Positions 10,018-18,673 of a stretch of DNA of 64,000 nt are shown here, piece after piece. Under the pieces are notes generated by a model. It saw only the letters and a program-made list of their open reading frames with translations. It did not search any database and was not told the origin of the DNA. Source of the stretch: Candidatus Aenigmatarchaeota archaeon (GTDB taxonomy: Archaea > Aenigmatarchaeota > Aenigmatarchaeia > CG10238-14 > SCSR01); contig JAVZHQ010000001.1 in NCBI GenBank assembly GCA_038998335.1, positions 128,001 to 192,000 on the forward strand, written 5' to 3'. Numbering within the stretch: the first letter of the stretch is position 1; each line of letters starts with the position of its first letter. The position numbers and the translations under genes were made by a program.

Positions 10018-11295
10018 ATGCTAAGAGAGGTTTTACTAGAGTGGAAAGAGAAAGAACTACCGCAAGATATAATCGAGAGAGATTTAAAGGTATGGATAAA
10101 CAAGCACATAGTTTCCCTTATAGGACCAAGAAGAGCCGGTAAAACCTATTTTATGTTCCAGCTAATAAAAGAGCTTTTTGAAAAGAATAATTCCAAAGAT
10201 AATGTTGTTTACATAGATTTTACCGACCCAAGAGTAAGAAAAATTGGTGTTTCTGAGTTTTTAAAGGAAGTAAATTCACTGTTTAAAAATCAAGTTTTTC
10301 TTTTCTTGGACGAAATTCAAGAGTTAGAAGAATGGTCTTTGTTCGTTAGAACTTTGTACAATTTCCAAAAATATAAAATAATAATTTCTGGTTCTTCTTC
10401 AAAACTTTTAAGCAGAGAGATTTCAACCGAGCTAAGAGGAAGGTGTATTCCTTATATAATTTTTCCTTTTACCTTTAAAGAGTTTCTTAAGCTAAAAAAG
10501 TTTGTAGTTAGGGAAGAAATTTCTAAGGCAAAGGTTGGTGAAATTTTAATGCTTTTGAAAGAATTTCTTGATTTTGGAGGGTATCCTGAAATTCTTCTTG
10601 CTGACGAGAAAAACAAGAAAATTGAAATAGCAAGAACCTATTTTACTACCGTATTTTTTAAGGATTTGATAGAAAGGTTTAAAATAAAAAATGTTGCACT
10701 TATGGATTATTTTGTTAGGTATTGCATAGCAAACTCTTCCTCCTATATTTCATTAACAAAAATTGAAAAAGAATTGAAATCGATTGGCTTGAAAGTTAGC
10801 AAAAAAACCTTAGCGAATTATTTAAAGTATGTGGAAGAGGCTTTGTTCCTTTTTCCGATAAAAAGATTTTCTTTAAAGTACAGAGAAAGAGCAAAGTATC
10901 CTGCAAAGATTTATTTGGTAGATAATGTTTACTTTGCGATTGAACCAAGGTTTTCAAAAGATTTTGGGAAAAAAATGGAAAACTTGGTAGCTATTTCTCT
11001 TTTGAGAAAAAAGTTTGAAGGAAAAGTTGATGAAATTTTTTACTTCAAATCGAACGATTTTGAGGTAGATTTTGCTGTGAAAAAAGGTTTAAAAATCAAT
11101 CAACTAATTCAAGTTACCTATGCTTCTAGTAAAGATGAGGTTGAGAAAAGGGAAATTAGGTCTTTAATAAAGGCAAGCAAAGAACTTAAATGTAAAGATT
11201 TGCTAGTAATAACCTGGGATTATGAAGATCAATTAAAAATAAAAAACAAAAAAATTGTTTTCAAACCTTTGTGGAAATGGCTGCTAGAAAGTTAG
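10018..11295 (+). CDS. AAA+ ATPase (AAA_14 + DUF4143, C-terminal PD-(D/E)xK-like domain)
   Basis: GPRRAGKT, FLDEIQ, SGSSS, GGYPE, EVDF...IQV, PLWKWL. Confidence 0.9.
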   Translation: MLREVLLEWKEKELPQDIIERDLKVWINKHIVSLIGPRRAGKTYFMFQLIKELFEKNNSKDNVVYIDFTDPRVRKIGVSEFLKEVNSLFKNQVFLFLDEIQELEEWSLFVRTLYNFQKYKIIISGSSSKLLSREISTELRGRCIPYIIFPFTFKEFLKLKKFVVREEISKAKVGEILMLLKEFLDFGGYPEILLADEKNKKIEIARTYFTTVFFKDLIERFKIKNVALMDYFVRYCIANSSSYISLTKIEKELKSIGLKVSKKTLANYLKYVEEALFLFPIKRFSLKYRERAKYPAKIYLVDNVYFAIEPRFSKDFGKKMENLVAISLLRKKFEGKVDEIFYFKSNDFEVDFAVKKGLKINQLIQVTYASSKDEVEKREIRSLIKASKELKCKDLLVITWDYEDQLKIKNKKIVFKPLWKWLLES

Positions 11296-11300
11296 TTTAG

Positions 11301-11324
11301 AAATTGTTAGACGTCTAACAATTT
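11301..11324. repeat. Palindrome copy 2, extended to 24 bp (AAATTGTTAGACGTCTAACAATTT)
   Basis: Core at 11305-11320; extended palindrome starts 5 bp after the ATPase stop. Confidence 0.95.
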
Positions 11325-11424
11325 TAAAGCATTTCTTTCAAGTTTTTCTGTTTAGTCTAAAATTTTTCTTTTACAAAAGAGATAAAATTTAAATATTTTG
11401 CTTATGAGAGATTATTAGAAAAAC

Positions 11425-11634
11425 ATGGCGTTAAGAGTTAAGAAAGGGGAAGAATATAAAATTCACAGAATAGCAGAAGCGATAGAGCAAGGAAAGGTAG
11501 AAGGTGTTTCGAGAAAAGATTTTAGGGAAATAACAGACCCAGAACTTCTAGCTCTTTATGAAATAGCTGAAATGGTTTATTCCTTTAAAAAAGCTTTAGA
11601 ATACTTGAAGGATTTTCTTGAGTCTAAGGAATAA
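11425..11634 (+). CDS. Hypothetical small protein
   Basis: 69-aa ATG ORF. Confidence 0.6.
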   Translation: MALRVKKGEEYKIHRIAEAIEQGKVEGVSRKDFREITDPELLALYEIAEMVYSFKKALEYLKDFLESKE

Positions 11635-11691
11635 ATTTTGCTGATTTTCTTAACCACAAACTTTTTAAAAAAGTTTGTGAATATAAATTAT

Positions 11692-12990
11692 ATGGAAACA
11701 GAGGAGATTAAAAGAGTTATAGTGTCTCAGAAAGAGGAAATGGAAGAAAAGTTTGAAAGAGGGGAAATAATAGAAAGAGAAGTGGAAGTAAAAAAGCTGA
11801 GAAATTTTCTTGTTCGTCCTAACATTTTAGTTATTCTAGGGGTAAGAAGATGCGGAAAATCTATATTTTCTTGGCAAATTTTCAGAGATGGCAAGTTTGG
11901 TAGTATTAATTTTGACGATGAAAGATTGGTTGGGATTGAAGCAAAAGATTTGGATAAAATTCTTCAAGCTTTTTACGAGCTTTACGGAAGGGTAGATAGA
12001 ATTATTCTTGATGAACCTCAAAACGTAGAAAATTGGGAGTTGTTTGTTAATAGGTTAAGAAGAAGTAAAAAAGTTATAGTTACTGGTAGCAACTCAAAAC
12101 TTCTTGCAGGTGACTTAGCAACTCACTTAACAGGAAGATATGTAGATTTCACTCTCATGCCTTTTAGTTTTAGAGAATTTTTAAAATACAAAAAAGTTGA
12201 AATGAAAAAAGAAGATTTTTATTCAACAGTGAAAGTAGCAGAGATAAAGAGGCTTCTTGAAAATTATGTGAGGCTTGGAGGGTTGCCAGAAGTCTTTACT
12301 TTCGGCAAAGAAATTCTTGTTAGGATTTATGGAGATATTATAGAAAAAGATGTGCTAAGAAGGTTTAAAATAAAGAGAAAGGATACTTTTAAACAGTTTG
12401 CAAAGTATCTAGTTTCCAACATAGCTTCTGAGTTTACAATGAGAAGACTTTCATCTACTTTTGAAGTAAGGGATTCGCATACTTTAAAAAATTGGATCGA
12501 TGCCTTAGAAAATTCTTATTTGTTTTTTATTCTAGAAAGATATTCTCCCAAACTAAAAGAGCAAATTATTGCACCAAAAAAAATTTATTGTGTGGATACA
12601 GGAATAGTTAATGCTGTTTCTTTCAGAACTTCTGAAAATTTCGGTAAACTGATGGAGAATTTGGTTGGGGTTGAACTGGTTAGGAGAAAAAACTATTGGT
12701 ATAAAAACTTGGAAATTTTCTACTGGAAAGACTATCAGCAGAATGAAGTTGATTTTGTTTTAAAAGAGGGATTAAAAGTTAAACAATTAATTCAAGTTAC
12801 CTATGCTTCTAGTAAAGATGAGGTTGAGAAGAGGGAAATTAAGTCTTTGGTTAAAGCTTCCGATTTACTTAAATGTAAGGATTTGTTGGTAATAACCTGG
12901 GATTACGAAGGTCAACAAAAGATAAAAAACAAAAAAATTGTTTTCAAACCTTTGTGGAAGTGGCTATTGATTGACTTTTTTTATTGTTAG
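11692..12990 (+). CDS. AAA+ ATPase (AAA_14 + DUF4143), second paralog
   Basis: GVRRCGKS, ILDEPQ, TGSNS, GGLPE, EVDF...IQV; ATG at 11692. Confidence 0.9.
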   Translation: METEEIKRVIVSQKEEMEEKFERGEIIEREVEVKKLRNFLVRPNILVILGVRRCGKSIFSWQIFRDGKFGSINFDDERLVGIEAKDLDKILQAFYELYGRVDRIILDEPQNVENWELFVNRLRRSKKVIVTGSNSKLLAGDLATHLTGRYVDFTLMPFSFREFLKYKKVEMKKEDFYSTVKVAEIKRLLENYVRLGGLPEVFTFGKEILVRIYGDIIEKDVLRRFKIKRKDTFKQFAKYLVSNIASEFTMRRLSSTFEVRDSHTLKNWIDALENSYLFFILERYSPKLKEQIIAPKKIYCVDTGIVNAVSFRTSENFGKLMENLVGVELVRRKNYWYKNLEIFYWKDYQQNEVDFVLKEGLKVKQLIQVTYASSKDEVEKREIKSLVKASDLLKCKDLLVITWDYEGQQKIKNKKIVFKPLWKWLLIDFFYC

Positions 12991-13000
12991 ACGTCTAACA
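12985..13000. repeat. Palindrome copy 3; supplies the ATPase TAG stop
   Basis: Exact copy; TAG at 12988-12990 lies inside it. Confidence 0.95.
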
Positions 13001-13048
13001 AAAGAAAATATTTGAGCAACCTTTAATTAATTGAAATTAAGGTAAAAC

Positions 13049-14329
13049 ATGCTTGACATTAAATTGATAAGAGAGAAGCCAGAGTTTGTAAGGAAAAATT
13101 TGGAAAAGAGGCAAGACCCGGAAAAATTGAAAATGTTCGAAAGACTTTTAGAGCTTGACAAGAAATTGCGCAGCCTCAAAACAGAAATGAACAAACTGAG
13201 AAACAGAAGGAACAAACTTACTTTAGAAATTTCAAGGTTGAAGAAAGAAAACAAGGATACAAGCAAAATCTTAAACGAAGCTAAGAAAATCCACGATGAA
13301 ATAAAAAGAATGGAAGAAGAGTCGAGCAGACTGGAAAAAGAAGTAAGGGATATTTTGCTCAGGCTACCGAACATTTTGCACGATTCTGTACCTTTTGGTA
13401 AAGATGAAAACGATAACGTTGAAATAAGAAGAGTTGGTTCCCCACCAAAGTTTAACTTTAAACCAAAAAATCATCTAGAAATTGCTTTAGAGTTGGGTTT
13501 GGTAGATCAAGAAAGGGCAGCAAAAGTTGCTGGGGCAGGCTTTTTCTACTTTAAAAAAGAATTGGTTTTGCTCGATCTAGCTATTCAAAAGTTTGCTCTA
13601 GATTTTATGATAAAAAAAGGCTATATTCCTGTAGAGCCTCCTTTCATGATAAACAGAAAAGCTTACGAAGGAATGATAGACCCAAGCGACTTTGAAATGG
13701 TAACTTACAAAATAGAGAATGAAGATTTATACTTGATAGCAACTTCTGAGCATCCTATAGGAGCAATGTTTATGAATGAAATTTTAAATAAAAAAGACTT
13801 GCCTTTGAAGTTTGTTGGAATAAGCCCATGTTTTAGAAAAGAAATAGGCACGCATGGAAAATACACGAAAGGATTTTTCAGGATGCATCAGTTTAACAAG
13901 GTTGAGCAATTCATTTTTTGCTTGCCAGAAGATTCCTGGAATTTGCACGAAGAGCTGCAAAGAAATTGTGAGGAGCTCTATCAAGCTTTAGGTTTGCATT
14001 ACCGTGTAGTAAACGTTTGCACAGGAGATATAGGAACAGTAGCGGCAAAAAAGTACGATACAGAGGTTTGGATGGTTGACGGAAAGTTTAGGGAAATAGG
14101 CTCAAACTCTAATTGCACAGATTATCAAGCAAGAAGGCTTAACATTAGGTTTAGAGAAAAGGAAGGAGAAAAGCCAAAAGGTTTTGTCCATACTTTAAAC
14201 TCTACTGCCTTAGCGACAAGCAGAACCATGCTAGCTATTCTTGAACACTTCCAGCAAGAAGACGGGAGCGTGAAAATCCCAAAAGTTTTGGTTCCTTACA
14301 TGAACGGAATTGAGGTTTTGGGTGAATGA
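13049..14329 (+). CDS. serS: Seryl-tRNA synthetase
   Basis: MLDIKLIR, coiled-coil arm, LIATSE, FRKE...RMHQFNKVE, SNCTDYQARR. Confidence 0.97.
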   Translation: MLDIKLIREKPEFVRKNLEKRQDPEKLKMFERLLELDKKLRSLKTEMNKLRNRRNKLTLEISRLKKENKDTSKILNEAKKIHDEIKRMEEESSRLEKEVRDILLRLPNILHDSVPFGKDENDNVEIRRVGSPPKFNFKPKNHLEIALELGLVDQERAAKVAGAGFFYFKKELVLLDLAIQKFALDFMIKKGYIPVEPPFMINRKAYEGMIDPSDFEMVTYKIENEDLYLIATSEHPIGAMFMNEILNKKDLPLKFVGISPCFRKEIGTHGKYTKGFFRMHQFNKVEQFIFCLPEDSWNLHEELQRNCEELYQALGLHYRVVNVCTGDIGTVAAKKYDTEVWMVDGKFREIGSNSNCTDYQARRLNIRFREKEGEKPKGFVHTLNSTALATSRTMLAILEHFQQEDGSVKIPKVLVPYMNGIEVLGE

Positions 14330-14340
14330 GTTTTTTATAC

Positions 14341-14355
14341 GTTAGACGTCTAACA
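14341..14355. repeat. Palindrome copy 4 (15/16 match)
   Basis: GTTAGACGTCTAACA, followed by ATTTTAAAGC as in copy 2. Confidence 0.93.
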
Positions 14356-14360
14356 ATTTT

Positions 14361-14486
14361 AAAGCTTCCTCCTTGCTTAAATGCAAAGATTTGCTAGTAA
14401 TAACCTGGGATTATGAAGATCAATTAAAAATAGAAAACAAAAAAATTGTTTTCAAACCTTTGTGGAAGTGGTTGCTAGAAGTTTAG
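14361..14486 (+). pseudogene. 3' remnant of a third AAA_14/DUF4143 ATPase
   Basis: Translates KASSLLKCKDLLVITWDYEDQLKIENKKIVFKPLWKWLLEV*; no start codon; near-identical to the ends of the two intact ATPases. Confidence 0.92.
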
Positions 14487-14546
14487 TTTTTTTAAAAATG
14501 GTTTATTCTTCCAAAAAAGTTACAGGATGGTAGCAATTTTTTTCTA

Positions 14547-14562
14547 TGTTAGACGTCTAACA
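14547..14562. repeat. Palindrome copy 5
   Basis: Exact copy, 12 bp past the transglutaminase stop. Confidence 0.95.
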
Positions 14563-14574
14563 TTAACAACCTTT

Positions 14575-15165
14575 TCATTTTCTCAAACTTTCTATCAATT
14601 CTTTCATCTTTAGGCTAGAGCGACTAAACCTTAGAATGAGCATGGAAAAAAGAGCTAAAAAAACAGAAAGCTCCCTTATTCTCAAGACTCCAGAAATTCT
14701 TTTCCAGCTTGGTCTGTCAAACTCGCTTAAAGGAATTAGCTTTTCCGTATCCTTTCCAAAAGTTGGATCTACAACTTTCCATTCATTGTTTAAGTAAACT
14801 TCAGCAGCTATATGTCCAACTTTTTTTGGAAAATCCTTTACCTTAGCGTTAAGCTCGCATCTAAGTATTAAAAGATACCTTGCAGGAATTCCAACAGCTC
14901 TGCAAAGAGCTATGAAGAGATTAGCTTTATCTGCACATACTCCATGCATAGGGTTTCTTTTTAGCGTTTCCTTAGCACCAACTATCTCTTCTACTTTCCA
15001 AGCAACATTATCCCTTACCCAATAAAAAAATGCTCTAGCAGCTTCTTCAGGAGTTTTTTTATCTTTTGCTAAAGCTTGGGCTAGCTCTTTTATTTCTGGC
15101 AGGTTAGATTCGCACAAAAAAGTTGGTTCGCAATATTTTTCATAACCTTTTGGAGGTTCAAACAT
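14575..15165 (-). CDS. Transglutaminase-like protein
   Basis: GVCADKANLFIALCRAVGIPAR, HIAAEV, WKVVDPT (Cys-His plus acidic motif); ATG at 15165. Confidence 0.88.
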   Translation of the reverse strand: MFEPPKGYEKYCEPTFLCESNLPEIKELAQALAKDKKTPEEAARAFFYWVRDNVAWKVEEIVGAKETLKRNPMHGVCADKANLFIALCRAVGIPARYLLILRCELNAKVKDFPKKVGHIAAEVYLNNEWKVVDPTFGKDTEKLIPLSEFDRPSWKRISGVLRIRELSVFLALFSMLILRFSRSSLKMKELIESLRK

Positions 15166-15193
15166 ATAATTAATTTGTTTGTTAAAAGATAAA

Positions 15194-15207
15194 TTGGAAT
15201 ATTCCAA
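15194..15207. promoter_or_regulatory. Putative operator TTGGAATATTCCAA
   Basis: Perfect 14-bp palindrome; same core upstream of the HTH gene at 18247-18258. Confidence 0.6.
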
Positions 15208-15214
15208 AAGTTTT

Positions 15215-15928
15215 TTAAATTTTTTCGCTAGTTGTTAGCAAGGTACTATGAGAATAATAAGTTGTTTTTGTGTTAAGGATCTTGAAGTTGTTTTCCTCAA
15301 GAAGTTTCTCTACATAAGTTTTAGAATAAGGGGTAAGGTTGACTTTTAATTTCATGGGAATGTTCATCAAGCCAACAACTACGCAGAAAGGAAGGGATAA
15401 AATCGTTTGTTTTGGTTTTTCTTTTAAGGAATACTTAAAGCCGCTTTTTCCCTTAGAGTATTCTACTTCACTTGTGTAGACTAAGCTTAGCCTTCCTCCC
15501 TTTCTTAAAATTCTCCTCGCTTCTCTTACAAAATTTTGTAAAGAGCTTGGGCTTAAGTAGTTTATAAAGTTAACAGCAGCGATTCCGTCAAAGTAGTTAT
15601 CATTAAAAGGAAGCTTTTCTTCAAAATAGTACTTGTAAAGCTTGACGTTAGCGTTTGAATTTTTAATTTTTTTTGAGGCAATTTTAAGCGCTTGCTCTGA
15701 AGCATCTATACCCCAAACCTCAATTTCCTTAGAATTTTTAACTAGATATTGAATCAAATTTCCTGTTCCACAACCAACGTCAAGAAATTTCTTTCCTTTA
15801 CTAAAGTTTAAGCTTTCAGCAGTATCTCTTATCATTTTTTTGTATGGAGCAAAGTTGTTTAGGGAGTCGTAAAAAAATGGATAGATTTCCCAGAGCAAAT
15901 CAGTTAAGCTAGCTGGCATAGAGCTCAC
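15215..15928 (-). CDS. Class I SAM-dependent methyltransferase
   Basis: FLDVGCGTG, GIDAS, LPFNDNYFD, ILRKGG. Confidence 0.9.
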   Translation of the reverse strand: MSSMPASLTDLLWEIYPFFYDSLNNFAPYKKMIRDTAESLNFSKGKKFLDVGCGTGNLIQYLVKNSKEIEVWGIDASEQALKIASKKIKNSNANVKLYKYYFEEKLPFNDNYFDGIAAVNFINYLSPSSLQNFVREARRILRKGGRLSLVYTSEVEYSKGKSGFKYSLKEKPKQTILSLPFCVVVGLMNIPMKLKVNLTPYSKTYVEKLLEENNFKILNTKTTYYSHSTLLTTSEKI

Positions 15929-17360
15929 TTTCGAGTTCTTTTGAGGGCGAGAGGATAAGATTGTGTGGCTTAAATTGGAGACTAGGAAAAACGATTTCTC
16001 TTAGCTTACCCTCGTCTATTTTTTTGAATCTAAGGAGGCTGTATCGTAAAGGGCAAACAGTATATCTTATCTTTTTACACATTTCTTCATAATTTCTCTC
16101 TTCCATACTACTTGGAATTAATATCAGCAGCTCTTCTTTTGTTTGTGGCTTGCAAATCGCAAAATTATAACCCGCATAAGATGTTAAGATTTCTTTTAGA
16201 ATGTCAACAGAAACAGGATACTCTTTTATTTTTACGTAACCACTCTCGTGCTTCCTTCTTATGTCAATAGAAAGGGACGGAAAGGGAAGTGTTATTTTTT
16301 GATTGTTTAGGGTGATTGTGGTGGAATAGCTTACAAGCCTTGTAACATCACCTGGTGCATAATCAATTAGACATGTTCCCTCGAAGGGAGAGGTTATTTT
16401 GATTTCGCCTTCTTCGCCTTCGCTAACATTTTCACCTTTTTCGTCAACAACTCTGATATGGCACAGGTTTCCCATCACCATCAAGCTATCGCTAGCTTCC
16501 CAGTTTCTATCTACACTTGAAATAATTCCATAAGCTACACAGCCTAAGGGCATACATTCCTGGGCACCATAGGCGTCTATAACTATTTTAGCTCCTATTT
16601 CATGTCCCAAGTCTATAACCTCTTTGCTTGGTTTAAAGCCTCCGGTACCTATGAACATCAAGTTCTTATACCTAAGTTTGTTCTCGACCATAAAAGTACC
16701 TATATCCCTTAAAATTGATGGTGTAATCAAAACCCCGTTTGCATCATTTTCTATAGAATCTAAAACATAATCACAAAGTTGTTCATGACTTAAAGGTTCC
16801 CCATAAGGTAATACTCTCAAAGGAATTTTTTGCGAGACTCGCATAAGAGAGGCGAAAGGATACGTCCCGGAGCCACCATAAATGTACATTCGAGAAAAAA
16901 TAGCTACACTTGGCGTAGAAATGTTTGCAAAAAATCTCCTAAGACCACGGAGATAAAGTTCTTTTATCACAGTATTAACATCTTTTTGTGTATAGGCTAT
17001 TTTCTTTCTTTTAAATTTCTTTATTGTTTCAAGAAAACTTTCCCCGCTTCTTAATCTTTCTACTAAGCTATAACCTGAAGACACTTGTACCCACGTCCTT
17101 TTATTTTGAGGTACAAGGCTTAAATGGGATGAAAAGTCATTTCCCATAAGGTCTGTACCTTCGACCCAGTTTACCTTATACTTCTGAAGGAAGTTATCAA
17201 GCTTTTCTATCGAGTTAATTCTTCTTACCTCGGAAAATTCAATCGAGTTTTCCCTTAACTTTTCTCTATAAAATGGTATCGAAAGCATAGCATCCCTAAC
17301 TTTTTTAGCTATGCTATTCTGCTTTATTTTAACATAAAAGGGCGCTATTTTCTCTATCAT
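15909..17360 (-). CDS. Phenylacetate-CoA ligase (PaaK)-like adenylate-forming enzyme
   Basis: PFYREKL, SSG, DAYGAQE, GEEGEIKIT, YAPGD. Confidence 0.7.
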   Translation of the reverse strand: MIEKIAPFYVKIKQNSIAKKVRDAMLSIPFYREKLRENSIEFSEVRRINSIEKLDNFLQKYKVNWVEGTDLMGNDFSSHLSLVPQNKRTWVQVSSGYSLVERLRSGESFLETIKKFKRKKIAYTQKDVNTVIKELYLRGLRRFFANISTPSVAIFSRMYIYGGSGTYPFASLMRVSQKIPLRVLPYGEPLSHEQLCDYVLDSIENDANGVLITPSILRDIGTFMVENKLRYKNLMFIGTGGFKPSKEVIDLGHEIGAKIVIDAYGAQECMPLGCVAYGIISSVDRNWEASDSLMVMGNLCHIRVVDEKGENVSEGEEGEIKITSPFEGTCLIDYAPGDVTRLVSYSTTITLNNQKITLPFPSLSIDIRRKHESGYVKIKEYPVSVDILKEILTSYAGYNFAICKPQTKEELLILIPSSMEERNYEEMCKKIRYTVCPLRYSLLRFKKIDEGKLREIVFPSLQFKPHNLILSPSKELESELYAS

Positions 17361-17364
17361 AGTA

Positions 17365-17901
17365 TCACTTTTTTACCTCTATTTGAAACGTACAATATGG
17401 AGCACCTTTAGTGTAGCAGGAAAGCTCTTGTATTTTAGGTGTAGAATGGTATAATATTTTTAGAGGAGCAAGTAAATTTGCTTCTACTATTTTACATACT
17501 TTTGAATTTTTTCCCCATTTTTGTTTAGCATATTCTACAAGCGGAGAATTTTCGACTTTAACTGTATAGACTATTTTTTCTTTATTTTCTTTTTTGTTGA
17601 CCAAAGTAAATTTCCCCAACCCGTAAAAGTCTGCAAATGGTAAAAGCTTCTCTATGTTTAGGGAGGATGGTGATAAACCAAATGCTTTCGTTGCGTTTTC
17701 GATTGCAATTTCTGTGGCTTCCATTAAAATTTTAAAGGCTTTTTTTTCTCCAAGTTCTTCAAATATTTTCTGATGAAGATACGCAAATCCACAACTTTCT
17801 ACTAAAGTCACATTGTATCTTCCCAAAATCGTAACCCTTCCTTCTTCAGCAGAAAAAGCCCTTCCAAGCAAAAGTTTTTTCAAAATAACAGCTATTCCCA
17901 T
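17365..17901 (-). CDS. V4R-domain protein
   Basis: GLG, ENSP, KVC...ELSCYTKGAPYCTF. Confidence 0.8.
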   Translation of the reverse strand: MGIAVILKKLLLGRAFSAEEGRVTILGRYNVTLVESCGFAYLHQKIFEELGEKKAFKILMEATEIAIENATKAFGLSPSSLNIEKLLPFADFYGLGKFTLVNKKENKEKIVYTVKVENSPLVEYAKQKWGKNSKVCKIVEANLLAPLKILYHSTPKIQELSCYTKGAPYCTFQIEVKK

Positions 17902-17910
17902 TCTCTCACC

Positions 17911-18207
17911 TCACAACCCTTTTAATAATTCGTGCACAACCCTAAGCTTTTCAATCTCAGTAGGCCATGCTATGTAAGTGTTTCCAACTTTTTTCATGTC
18001 TATTAACCCCATTTCCTTAAGCTTGCGAAAATGGTAAAGGTACTTTGCAGAAAGCGTTTTCTCTTTTCCTTTATCTCCTAAAATCTCAGCAACTTCTAGC
18101 GGATTTGTAGGCCATCTAGAATGAATAATTTCAAAGACTTTTGCTGTAAGTTGAGAGACTTTTTTTACTCTTACGCTTTCAAGCATTTCTTCAAAGGTTT
18201 TTTCCAT
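17911..18207 (-). CDS. Winged-helix transcription regulator
   Basis: PLEVAEIL...YHFRKLKEMGLI. Confidence 0.7.
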   Translation of the reverse strand: MEKTFEEMLESVRVKKVSQLTAKVFEIIHSRWPTNPLEVAEILGDKGKEKTLSAKYLYHFRKLKEMGLIDMKKVGNTYIAWPTEIEKLRVVHELLKGL

Positions 18208-18214
18208 AATTTAA

Positions 18215-18258
18215 GAATATTCCATAAAGTATTTATAAGTTATGTATGGAATATTCCA
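18215..18258 (-). promoter_or_regulatory. Promoter of the HTH operon: TATA (TTATAAATA, 18230-18238) between GAATATTCCA (18215-18224) and TGGAATATTCCA (18247-18258)
   Basis: TATA lies 23-31 bp upstream of the ATG; repeated palindromic core. Confidence 0.6.
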
Positions 18259-18292
18259 AAAAAATCTATGAAATGTTTGTTGGCTGCTTTTC

Positions 18293-18308
18293 TGTTAGAC
18301 GTCTAACA
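18293..18308. repeat. Palindrome copy 6 (degenerate copy AGTTAGATGTTTAACA nearby at 18425-18440)
   Basis: Exact copy. Confidence 0.95.
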
Positions 18309-18673
18309 ATTTTTTTCCTTTTACAACAAAATTACAACTTCTTTAAAATATTTTTCTTTTAAAAAATTTCTTAATCTTCACCATGCTTTTTTTTAAATTT
18401 CTATCCTAATGATAGAAAAATTTAAGTTAGATGTTTAACATATTTCTAAAACCCGTAATTTTAAATATTTTCAAATCGAGTTTAAATATTATGTGTTATA
18501 AAGATTTCCCAAATGAGTGCAAGAAATGTAGGCATTTATTTGAAGAATATAAAATAGCTCAGAGTTATTTTATAATTCCGATAAAATTTTATCGTTCGTC
18601 CGAATGTACCAAATATGCTCTTAAGACTCATGAAATAATTTCTGCTCTACCTCTTTTAGAAATTAATTTTAAA

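Noticed and set aside
14361-14486. ATPase remnant as a diversity-generating retroelement template
   Set aside because: Mismatches to the intact genes are not confined to adenines, and no reverse transcriptase is in the window.
9932-18308. Palindrome repeats as a CRISPR array or canonical integron attC array
   Set aside because: Spacing is 0.2-3.7 kb with whole genes between, and no cas or intI gene is present. The half-site order is opposite to attC and there are no L boxes.
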